Shown here: positions 1 through 11,462 of the stretch, piece by piece | How positions within the stretch are numbered: position 1 is the first letter of the stretch | How the letters are laid out: every line of letters starts with the position of its first letter | Assembly (NCBI RefSeq): GCF_006345805.1 | Contig: NC_043006.1 | Location: 64,170,001-64,234,000, forward strand | Direction: 5' to 3' | Origin: Octopus sinensis | Lineage: Eukaryota | Length of the DNA stretch: 64,000 nt | Made by a program: the position numbers and the translations under genes | The notes under the pieces: model-generated | Told to the model about the DNA's origin: nothing | Seen by the model: the letters and a program-made list of their open reading frames with translations, nothing else | Databases searched by the model: none

Positions 1-84
1 TAGCAGCCCTGTGGTCATCTTCAGCCATACCATGTGGAGGAAGATATAATAAAAAATAATAAATGCGCCCTTTTAAACCTTGCC

Positions 85-308
85 AGGTTCATGGGCCCGG
101 TTTCCCGGTTTCAATGGCGTATTTGTTCCCTAGATGGACGAGACGCCAGTCCATCGCAGCGTTACTCATTTTTGCCAGCTGAGTGAACTGGAGCAACGTG
201 AAATGAAGTGTTTTTGCTCAAGAACACAATGCGTCGCCCGGTCCAGGAATGGAAAAACAATCTTGCGATCATGATGCTGATACCCTACCTACTAAGCCAC
301 GCGCCTCC
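85..308 (-). mobile_element. tRNA-derived SINE, family A
   Basis: Minus-strand head GGAGGCGCGTGGCTTAGTAGGTAGGG with A/B-box-like motifs; related copies at ~6640-6860, 28345, 28720, 33677, 45817 and 51775-52090. Confidence 0.75.
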
Positions 309-1409
309 AAGGAGGAATATATGCGAGACAGCAAACCTCAATCGACGGATAATGCAAAGAGGTTTAATGACTGATTATGGCAGCGGAATAATACCGAATC
401 TTAGATATGGATAGGTAAGCACAAGAGACCGGGAAGAACATTGCCAAGGATCGTGTGAATTCAGAAATTACTACCTTGTATACAAGCAGCGACATGGCAG
501 AATTGTTAACACGTCGGACGAGATACTTGGCGGTATTTCTTCCGGCTCTTTACATCCGGAGTTTAAAATCCCATCGAGGACAACTCTGCGTTTCATCCGT
601 TCAGGAACGATAAAATGAAGTACCAGTCAAAATTTAACCTTATAAATGAAATCGACTTGCTCCCTCCCCTCAAAAATTGCTGCAACAGATCGCCATTTTC
701 AGGAGAATGCTGTGATCTTAGACAGAAACTGAAAGAAGCTCAATATATATATATATATATATATATATCCTTGTGTGTCTGTCCCCCACCATTGTTTAAC
801 AACCGGTCTTGGTGAGTTTACGTCCCTGTAACTTAGCGGTTCGATAAAAGAGAGACAGAGAAAGTACCAGGCTTTAAAAAAAGTGCTGGAGTCGATTCGT
901 TCGACTAAAATTCCTGAAGGCGGTGCCCCCAGCATAGCCGCAGTCTAATGACTGAAACAAGTGAAAGAATCTGAAAAACTACACAACAAAAATCAAATGT
1001 GTGTTTGTGAGAGAGAGAGAGGGGGGGAGGGAGAAAGAGAGAGCGCACACGCATGTGTACCTAGTGTAGATTTATCGCTTCACCACCACCACCTCCTCCT
1101 TCAACCCACTCTTATTTCGCTTTGCTGCAAACTAAACCCCTAGTTTAACCCCCATTTCTCTATATATCGCTGTCTAATACTTCTATTAATTTCATATACA
1201 ATGTCTTGCACTGTTACGCAAACCAGGGAGGCCACATCAGTTTTATCCGAGGATAAACAGCTAGAAGCTACTATTCCCATTGTGAACATAAAGTAACCGA
1301 TCTCTGATGAGGTATTAATACACTTAGAAACTAGTCATACTAGTATCTCTTTCGTCACACAGAAGTAAATCTGTGATTTAACTACGTCTACTTTTCACAG
1401 TGTTAACTA

Positions 1410-1545
1410 CTGTATTTGAAAAAACGCACGAGCGTATTAGACGCACCCCAATTTCAGCAGCGCGCATATCAGACCCGAGGTGAATTTCAAATATCACTTT
1501 TTTAAAAGAAAAAAAAAAACAGTACATCTTAGCCATCAAAAACGG
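1410..1545. mobile_element. pogo/Tc2-type MITE
   Basis: TA-flanked termini CTGTATTTGA (1410) and reverse-complement CCGTTTTTGATGGC (1545), matching the CCGTATTTGATGGC terminus of the pogo relic at 38796. Confidence 0.5.
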
Positions 1546-1935
1546 TATGTCTGTGTTATATAAATTTACCGTATATGTATTCACGCTCAAAAATTTAACC
1601 TTATAGAAACTCATTTTCACCCCACTCCCTTTCTTATCGATGAACGAGGTTGTGCAATCTACATTTAATTTGCTCACAAGTGATTATGAATTCACTCGTG
1701 TAACATGAAAAACAGTTAACCTCGGCGGAATTTGAACTCATAACGTAATGCGTCGAAATGGCTTGTTATTCGTTTGTCTTCTTTTTTATCTTTATCTGTT
1801 TTTGCTTTTTCTTTTTACATATTTCCCATTGTAGGCTTTGGGAACTTTATACCAAGTCCAAACTCACCATTCCATAAACCGTTACGCACATAGCAATTGG
1901 CGGCACAGAGTGATGGATGTTATAGTTTCGTCTGT

Positions 1936-1985
<50 letters not shown>

Positions 1986-2004
1986 CTTTTTGGCATTTCT
2001 TTTC

Positions 2005-2395
2005 TACTCTAGGCACAAGGCTCGAAAATTTGGGGGAGGGAGCCAGTTGATTATATCGACTCCAGTACGCAACTGGTACTTAATTTATCGACCCCGAAAG
2101 GATGAAAGGCAAAGTCGACCTCGGTGGAATTTGAACTTAGAACGTAGCGGCAGACGAAATACCTATTTCTCTACTACCCACAATGGGCTAAACACAGAGA
2201 GGACAAACAAGGACAGACAAACGGATTAAGTCGATTATATCGACCCCAGTGCGTAACTAGTACTTATTTAATCGACCCCGAAAGGATGAAAGGCAAAGTC
2301 GACCTCGGCGGAATTTGAACTCAGAACGTAACGGCAGACGAAATACCGCAAATCATTCCGCCCGGCGTGCTAACGTTTCTGCCAGCTCGCCGCCT
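2005..2395 (-). mobile_element. Two tandem tRNA-derived SINE family B copies with different 3' tails
   Basis: Core GCCTTTCATCCTTTCGGGGTCGATAAA occurs twice; the head GGCGAGCTGGCAGAAACGTTAGCACGCC ends at ~2395. Confidence 0.8.
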
Positions 2396-2869
2396 TCAGC
2401 TTTTTGACTTTTGTCTGACGAGATGGACCACATGAAATATGTTGTAATATTATATAATCACTATTTATATTCCTGATGTGTCCGAATCATGTATTGTTGA
2501 AGCGATCGTAATGAAGGAATAAATGCCATACGTCACCTCCATTCTTGGAATTACTACACACACACTAAAAAAGCATACACATATGGAGATGAAATGGCAG
2601 TCGTTAGAGTCCAAAGCCCGCCGAAGCTAACTTCGCTTTTCATTTTCTTGGGATCGATAAATTAAGTAATAAAGTGAACATACACTTTCTCTCTCTCTCT
2701 CTCATAAATCAGCCGTGTTCAGACCAAGAGAGGGATGAGCGCTGCTAGGCTTTAAAATGCACGTGACACACCGTAATCCATAGCGGTGCCTTTATGATCC
2801 CTTCATAACACGCATATACAGAAAGAGAAGGAGAGTGGGTATTGAAACTTAACATAGCACACGGACTTG

Positions 2870-3275
2870 CGTGAAGCTAAAACTACTTCGTTCGAAATTG
2901 TACAGACGTCTTCGTGACATACAACGTGTCTTGGGGATATTTTAAACCTATCGAAACCAGATTCAGAAGCAGCCCATTTTTTCCACAGAGAGTGGGTGAG
3001 GGAGAGAGGGAGAAGAAGAGAGAATCAGCAGAATTATTGGTGGCAAAAGGGCGAGAGGCCAGATTTGGCCACAGGGTGCAGAGAGCCGGAACGAATATAA
3101 AATGTGTGTGTGTGTATATATATATATATATACATACACACACACACACATAAATACAAAATGGGACAAGAACGCAAAATATCCAGACAGGTGATACAAG
3201 AAAGGGACAACAAAACATCCAGATAGACGATACAAAGAAAACAAGGACGAGTCATTCGGAGTTTTCTTTCCTCAG
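2870..3275 (-). mobile_element. Penelope-like element terminal (pseudo-LTR) fragment
   Basis: About 130 bp (ATACAAAATGGGACAAGAACGC...TCATTCGGAGTTTTCTTTCCTCAGT) is shared with 6380-6515, plus a degenerate ACGAAGA...CGAACG motif. Family assignment is from recall. Confidence 0.4.
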
Positions 3276-3289
3276 TACTTGCTTATCTA

Positions 3290-4045
3290 GTACAATCACA
3301 TGGTCCCGGGTTCAGTACCACTCTGTGGCACCTTAGGCAAGTGTCTTCTACTATAGCCTCGGGTTGACCAAAGCTTTGTGTGGATTTGGTAGGCGGAAAC
3401 TGAAAGAAGCCCGTCGAGAATATATATATATATATGTAAATATTTGTGTGTCTGTGTTTGTCCCCCAACATTTTTTTAAAGATTCTTTATTGCCCACAAG
3501 GGGCTAAACATAGAGGGGACAAACAATGACAGACAAAGAGACTAAGTCGACTACATCGACCCCAGTGCGTAACTGGTACTTATTTACCTTTCACCTTTGC
3601 CTTTCATCCTTTCGGGGTCGATAAATTAAGTACCAGTTACGCACTGGGGTCGATGTAATCGACTTAATACCTATGTCTGTCCTTGTTTGTCCCCTCTGTG
3701 TTTAGCCCCTTGTGGGTAATAAAGAAATAGGTACTTATTTAATCGACCCTGAAAGGATGAAAGGCAAAGTCGACCTCGTCAGAATTTGAACTCAGAATGT
3801 AGCGGCAGACGAAATACCACTAAGCATTTCGCCTGGCGTGCTAACGATTCTGCCAGCTTGCCGCTGTTTGTCCCCCAACATTGCTTGACAATCGAGGTGT
3901 GTTTATGTCACCGTAACTTAGCGGTTCCGCAAAAGAGACCGATAGAATAAGTACTAGGCTTACAAAGAATAAGTCCTCGGGTAGATTTGTTCGACTGGAG
4001 GCGTTGCTCCAGCATGGCCGCAGTCAAATGACTGAAACTAAAAAA
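3290..4045 (+). mobile_element. SINE family C interrupted by nested SINE B copies
   Basis: Family C body (CCACTGCGTGGCACCTTGGGCAAGTGTCTTCTACTATAGCC-type, internal (TA)n, tail ...ATGACTGAAAC) is split by an 18-bp TSD TGTTTGTCCCCCAACATT at 3455-3472 and 3865-3882. Confidence 0.85.
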
Positions 4046-4288
4046 AAATTAAATATATATATGTATACACATATGTATGTATGTATATATATATATATAT
4101 ATATATAAAATCGTCATCATCATCACCGTAGAATGTGATGTGGATTAGATATAGTTGCTATTTCTTATAGGATAAATGACCATTTGAATCTTCCACGTTG
4201 GCACGGAAAATATGGATGTTGATATGGACAACGGTACAGCAGATAATTGACAAATCTAGGGATAATAATCCATGATCATTATTTAGTG

Positions 4289-4433
4289 CAGGCACGGGTT
4301 ACCTTTTTCGAGAAGCGGGCCGCATGAGACATGGCTCATCATTAGAGGAGCCGCACTAGTAAAAGCGCCAAGGTAATTTTTCAATAGGCGTACCATTCAG
4401 AAAGTGCCGCAGGCCGTAGATTGCCCGGGACTG
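4289..4433. mobile_element. hAT-type MITE
   Basis: TIRs CAGGCACGGGTTACC / CAGTCCCGGGCAATC with 8-bp TSD ATTTAGTG / ATTTAATG; related copies at ~48130-48282 and ~48445-48586. Confidence 0.7.
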
Positions 4434-4898
4434 ATTTAATGCACGGTTTTGATGGTGATGAGTTGAGGATTTTGGGGTGGTAAGAATATGCTGAGATACA
4501 ATTTGGTAGTTGGGAGTCGGGAAAGAAATCTTATAGTAGTCGTATAAGAGACAGCAAGAACAGCGAGAGGGATTTCTGTTTGATTAATTCTGTAGACTTT
4601 TCATATATCTTGATTAGTAATAATAAACTACGCCTAGTTGCGTGTGTGAGTGTGTGTGTGCGTAATGAGAATGAGTATTCAACAGTGAGAATGAGTATTC
4701 AACACCACATTGGTGGATAAATATTCTTTATTTGTAGGTTGAGAAGGCTACCAATGGTTTCATATAGAGAAATCTCTGGACAATTATCAAGCCTGCCACA
4801 TGCGAGCAATGATACTCGTCCATTTTGGATGAGAATACCATTGTTAGCCATGTTACCACTTGTCCCTCATCATCATCGTTTAACGTCCGCTTTCCATG

Positions 4899-4955
<57 letters not shown>

Positions 4956-6107
4956 TATGAAAAAGGGGAAAATCTTAAATATATATATATATATAATACA
5001 AAAAACATGTTGAAGAAGACCAACAAAAATAAGAGCAAAGAAGGAGCCAAAGACGAAGAGAAAAACGTAAATGAAATAAAGAAAAAATAAATATATAAAT
5101 AAATATAAGAATCAAGATAAGACTAATAGTAATTGAGAAGAGAGAGGAAAGGAGAGTTAAGTTTATCAAGAATAAAGAAATGGAATATCTTGGAGTGGTC
5201 AATATTGAGTTCTTGTCAAAGGGTAACCTGTGTGGTGCCTATTGATTTGAAGCCACCTATTCAGTTTTCACAGGTGTTATGGTGGTATGGTGTACATATA
5301 TATATATATATATATGCGTGTGTGTGTGATTTTCACGTTCACTTTCCCATGCATGAGGTAGACACAATTGGTTGGAACAAATTTTCTACGGCTTGATGCA
5401 CTTCTTGTACTCAACACTCCCCTGCTTCCGAGCAAGAATATTTCCAAGGTAATAAAGGGTTGGATATGGTTACCCGAAATATTGTAAAACGAATGACACC
5501 TCTTGTATGACAGTGACAATCGTTTACAATGGTCGTGTGGTACCAAAACAAGGAGACAGACTAGCACACACACACACACAAAGACCTGCTTCAGTAACCG
5601 TCTTTCAAACCCATTCACAAAGCGTTGCTCGGCCTGTAACCGTAGCGAAGCCACTTGACTCAAGGTGACGCGCAGTGGAACTGCATGCAACAGAGTGGAC
5701 TCCGCAAAAGGGATACAAAGATCAAATATATATCCCTGGACAACGAATTAAGTTTATCCCCCAAGTAGATCATAGCCAAATTTGAACTCAGAACACGGGG
5801 ATTTTTTGCTTACATTTTCGGCGCAGGTTTGGCTGTGTTGTTAAGAAGCCCGTCTTGCAACAACTTGGCTTCGAGTTTCGTCCCATTACGCGGCACTTTG
5901 AGCAAGTTCCTTCCACTATATCCCGAACCGACCAATACCTTGCGACTGAATTTGATAGATGGTATCTGTGTGGAAACCCGTCGTACTGGTGTCAATTTGT
6001 TCGACGAAACACTTCAGTTAAAAGGCGGAGGACCAGCGTGACTGAAGTCCTATCACTGAAAACTAGTCATAGGATAAAAGGTGTATAAATACTAAAAGGT
6101 TTCCTGA

Positions 6108-6141
<34 letters not shown>

Positions 6142-6189
6142 AATAGAAAAGAAAGAAGAGAGTAGGAAAAAACGACAAAAGTCAATTAG

Positions 6190-6610
6190 ACGTACACAGG
6201 GAGTATATTAGATTGACGTTCATCGAAAGCTTTAGATGGGAAAATAGGAGTGAAAAATGACGTTTCGAGTATTGCTCTTCGTCGAAGAGAGGAATTGTGC
6301 AAAGAATAGGAAAAGGAGGAGGGAGTAGATAGTCCGGAGAAAAGCACGCATGTCGTTACATGACCGAATATATATATATATATACGAAAAAATACAAAGT
6401 GGGACAAGAACGCAAAATATCCAGACAGGTGATACAAGAAAGGGACAATAAAACATCCAGGTAGACGATACAAACAAAACAAGGACGGGTCATTCGGAGT
6501 TTTCTTTCCTCAGTCGAGTTCCAGATTATCTTTGCAATTTCGGCTGGTTTTACTCGAGATTGATCCAATCTGGCCAGCCCCAAGGAAAAACTAAGCTAAG
6601 AATGTACTAG
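6190..6610 (-). mobile_element. Penelope-like element terminal fragment with hammerhead-like motif
   Basis: Shares sequence with 3150-3275 and carries TCGACGAAGAGCAATACTCGAAACGTCA on the minus strand at 6258-6285. Confidence 0.45.
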
Positions 6611-7084
6611 ATAAGCAAGTACTGTCTCGAATTCTAGGGCCGATTGTCCGGTTTCCATGGCGTCTAAGTGACCGACATCATAACTTTCCCCCGTGCATGA
6701 GACGCTAATGCACTGCAGGGTTGCTCATTTGTAGCTGAATGGCCTGCAGTAACGAGAAATGAAGTATTTTGCTCAAGAGCACGACGTACTGCCCGGTCCG
6801 GAAATCGAAATCACGATCTTGGACTACTGTAAACAAAATCTTAATCACTACGCCGCACGCCTTCGTTAGATATTTACGCCAGGATAACCATGACTGGAAT
6901 GCCTATGATCTGCTCAACCAGGGTTGATCTGTAACTTTACACCAACTTGTACAATTTCAAGCTGAACGTCAACTGCAGCAGGTGCATAGCCAAGATTATA
7001 TGAACCCAACCCAACATGAGATGAAAAGCACCAAAACACCTTCCAGGCCCACTGTGCTTAGTAAGATTTTCTTGAAGTGTAGCA

Positions 7085-7510
7085 ACTTTTCTACTCGAGG
7101 CACAAAGCCTGAAATTTTGGGGGAAGGGAGCCAGTCGATTAGATCAACCCCAGTACGCAACAGGTACTTAATTTCATCGACCCCGAAAGGATGAAAGGCA
7201 AAGTCGACCTCGGCGGAATTTGAACTCAAAAGTAACGGCAGGCGAAATATCGCTAAGTATTTCGCCCGACGTGCTAACGTTTCTTATTTCTTTATTGCCC
7301 ACAGGGGGCTAAACATAGAGGGGACGAACAAGGACAGATAAACGGATTAAGTCGATTACATCGACCCCAGTGCGTAACTGGTACTTAATTTATCCCCCGA
7401 AAGGATGAAAGGCAAAGTCGACCTCGGCGGAATTTGAACTCAGAACGTAACGGCAGGCGAAATACCACTCAGCATTTCGCCCGGCGTGCTAACGTTTCTG
7501 CCAGCTCCTC
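7085..7510 (-). mobile_element. Two tandem SINE family B copies
   Basis: Same core and the same two alternative tails as at 2005-2395. Confidence 0.8.
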
Positions 7511-7859
7511 GCTACCTTCTGAAGTGTAGCAACTGAAAGACAGACTTATCTCTACGGGATCAGGCGCTAATTTTCTCTAGTAATTTCTCTCTCAGCGATC
7601 TGCTATCATTGTTTTAGGTTTTAAGAGTGTTTAGATTTTTTTAAATTAGAACTAAGAATTCGGGGTTAGAGTTTCGGTTTGCAATAAGGGACTGAACACA
7701 GGTCCTTAGCAAGCAATTCGAAACTGATTGAGACACTGTTTGTGGTTGAGTTTCACCCTTAAACTGTTGTATGTCGTCTTTAAAAAGAAATCGAATATTA
7801 GCCAACGAAGAGCTACATTACAGAAAGTAAGGTTGGTCAGAACTGAAATATTTTTCATC

Positions 7860-8250
7860 AGGCATAGCTGTGTGGTTAAGAAGTTCGCTTTGCAACCGCA
7901 TAGTTTCCAGTTCAGTCTCACTGTGCAGTATTATACTACAGCCCTGGGCCGACTAAGCCTTATAAGTGAATTTTGTAGACAGAAATTGTATGGAAGCTCA
8001 CCACACACACGGATGGATGTCTTTGTGCTTGTCTCCCACCAACAGCACTTGACAACTGGTATTGGTTTGTTTACGTCCCTGTAAGTGTGCGGTTCGACAA
8101 AAGAGAACCGAAAGAGAATTTTTTTTAAATTCTGGTACTAGAATTAGGACCAGAATTTAAAAAAAAAGTACTGAAATCCATTGGACAACGGCCATGCCAT
8201 GACATCAAGGTGGTATCATGGTATGACCGTTGTCCAATGACTGAAGTAAA
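7860..8250 (+). mobile_element. SINE family C (diverged)
   Basis: GCTGTGTGGTTAAGAAG head, body and ATGACTGAA tail homologous to other family C copies. Confidence 0.65.
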
Positions 8251-10434
8251 TATAAGATAGGCCTGCTCAGCCAGAGCTGGCCTGGGGCTAAACAACGGAG
8301 GTTAAAAACAAGAGGGTAGATCTTCCAAAAAGGAGCGACTGGTTGAGGCAGCTAGTGTGATTGACACAGAATGTCTGACGAGAGGCTAGGGCTTGAGGGG
8401 TCTGTATCTTGCGAAATGTAATAAAATAGAGACCACTGCAGTAGGAACTGTGTACAAGGAAGAACGAGGAGGCGGCAAGTTGCAGCGCATCGGTGAGTTG
8501 GAGAACAAAACAATGTTCAGCATTGGCCGAACAAAATATTCTATAATGGTTGTCTGAAGGAGGGGGAGGATCAGTGGTGTGAGCCACTCGGGGTAGCCCT
8601 TGATTTTGTCGCTCCACTTGCACACACCCCTCTCCTCGCCTTATACAGCAGACCATAAAGTTTCCCTCGCCATAAAAGCGCCGCACGGGGTGGGCCGACA
8701 ACATCGCATCACCCTACCATCTCCACCTGCGCCACTGTTATTGATGTTACTGGTTTAAGTCAGTGGAACTATGGCCATGCTGCAGTCTGTAGTCGATCAT
8801 GTACATCAACCCTTAATACTAATTCTATCGATGCTCTCGAAATGATGAAAGTTAATATGGACTTGGGTGGAACTTGAACTGAGAACATAAGCGGATGTAA
8901 CTAAATACCACAAGACATTTTTGTCCGACGCTCTACCAATTCTGCCTCTACGTGGACGCACGACTTGCTAGAAATAACAAGTAAATCTTCTTCAGATCAC
9001 ACCCTACCATCCAAAGCAAAAAGGACACACGTGTTCCTGGATTCCCTGCACATAAAGCGAAAACTGAATGGTCATGGCTGGAACGCTTTTGGTCAAATGT
9101 CCGCTCAATCGGGATTAACTTGCAGTTAAACAACGGCAACGAGAGAGCCTCTACATGGTCGATCAACATGCAAAAAATAACAGCAGCCGAGTCTCCCTCA
9201 AATCAAAGTTTACTATCTCAAGAGGACGTTAAATAACGTAATTCTCCTACATAAATCTAAAATAAAGGTGGAATGGTCATGGGTTGGAATGCCTTTGACC
9301 ATAGGATCTGCTCGGTCAGAATTGACCTGGGGTTAAAAAACAACACATTTCCAATCCAATTCCAATGTTTTCATCAGAATCAGAAGTGATACGAAAGAAG
9401 AATGATGTGATACACATATACACACAGATTATATTAATTTGTGTGTATGTGCGCGTGCGCGCAGAATAACCTTTACGCAAAAGTGAAGAATATAAACAAG
9501 GCATGAGTATGTGATACGATTAATGTGGCTCTAGCATAATGTTACTCAAACTGAATACAAGGACCCATTTCCGACCCCACTACTCATGATTCTTTGAAAA
9601 AATTCTAGGGTTCTGCGAAATTAAAATGTCTTTTGATAAAAATTTAACATAATATATTTTATAATTCATTTTCATATTGTATTCATATATATATATGAAC
9701 TATTTCTTTCTCTTAATTTTTGTTTCATTTAATGTCCAACTAAAATTATGGTACCTCAAATATATTTTCTTATTATCGACAGCCAATTTTTAAAAATTTT
9801 ATTTACTGAAAAATTATAAACTAAAACTATTGCATTCATGAGACGAGTCTAATAGTTGATCGGCGGAGTTTCGAATTAGCTATCACCAATAACATCATGG
9901 AGAAAAGTACCGGTAAAAATCCACTGGAAAAGGATGGAGAATTGGAGGGTAAATATGTAGAATATTAAATGCTTTGGACAAAAAATTCTTTCACAGAAGA
10001 AAACAATCACCCAATTCTTTGCCTTTTCCTTTTTAATGAAGTAGTGCTAACCGTTCAGCGAGTACGCCGATTAACTATAACACCCATGTCACGAGTGTAA
10101 TAGCTCATCCTTTAATAGATTCAAAAATGGGCTGTCGATGATATTTGTATGGGTTCCACGATCTTTGGTAAAATCGTATAAGAATTTTTTTTTTCCTGTG
10201 AGAAATAAGTGGGAAGCACAACACAACTGCTTCAGTTTCAACACACGATCGATCTCAGAGGAAAACACTTCATGGACACAAGGGTAACAATGAGAAGATA
10301 GTATTTGAAAAGGACATTTAATATTTTTTTCTTCTTTTTTTCCAGTTAGCTTTAGTTGAAATCGAAACAGAATCATACAATACAGTGAGGCGGAAGATAC
10401 TAAACTATCACACACACACATATACATAACATAA

Positions 10435-10629
10435 CATAACATATATATATGCATATATATATGCATATATATGCATATATATAATATATATATGCATATA
10501 TATTATATATATATATATATGCATATATATATATTATATATGCATATATATAATATATATATATGCATATATATATATATATATGCATATATATATATAT
10601 ATATGCATATATATATATATATATATTGC

Positions 10630-10672
<43 letters not shown>

Positions 10673-11125
10673 TATATATATATATATGCAATATATATAT
10701 ATATATATATATATGCATAATATATATATATATATGCATATATATATATATATATATATAATATAATGCATATATATATATAATGCATATATATATATAT
10801 ATGCATATATTATATATATATATATTATATATGCATATATATATATATGCCTATATATATATATATATAATATATGCATATATATATTATATGCATATAT
10901 ATATATATATGCATATATATATATATACATATATACACAAACATATATACATATACACACACAAATATGTACATATACAAACATACATATATACACACAC
11001 ATATATATATATACAAATATATACATATATATAAATATATGCATATACAAATATATGCATATATATATTATATATATATGCATATATATATATATATGCA
11101 TATATTATATATATATACTCACACA
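10435..11125. repeat. (TA)n minisatellite punctuated by TGCA
   Basis: About 690 bp of TATATATGCA-type units, directly visible. Confidence 0.9.
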
Positions 11126-11197
11126 CAGTGAAGCTTTACTATAGCGTCATAAATTTATCTACTGCTATTTCCAGTAAACATTAGTGCTTTGTTGTAC

Positions 11198-11245
<48 letters not shown>

Positions 11246-11462
11246 TTCCATTTCGATTTTAATTGTGTAGAGAGAGAGAAAGTGAGAGAGAGAATGATAC
11301 AAACTTTTTTTTATTTTCGCCTGACATAAGAACTGTCAAACTTTTTCCAACCCAATTTTAACCAAGTTAAACTAATTTTCCACATATAACATCCACAAAA
11401 GGGGGCGATCAAGAAACCGTAGAAACAATATCAACACAAAATGCTTATATTTAGACACCTAC

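Noticed and set aside
1009-1050. GA-repeat tracts (also 11270-11292) as MSL recognition elements
   Set aside because: The MRE is a Drosophila feature and GA microsatellites are common throughout this window.
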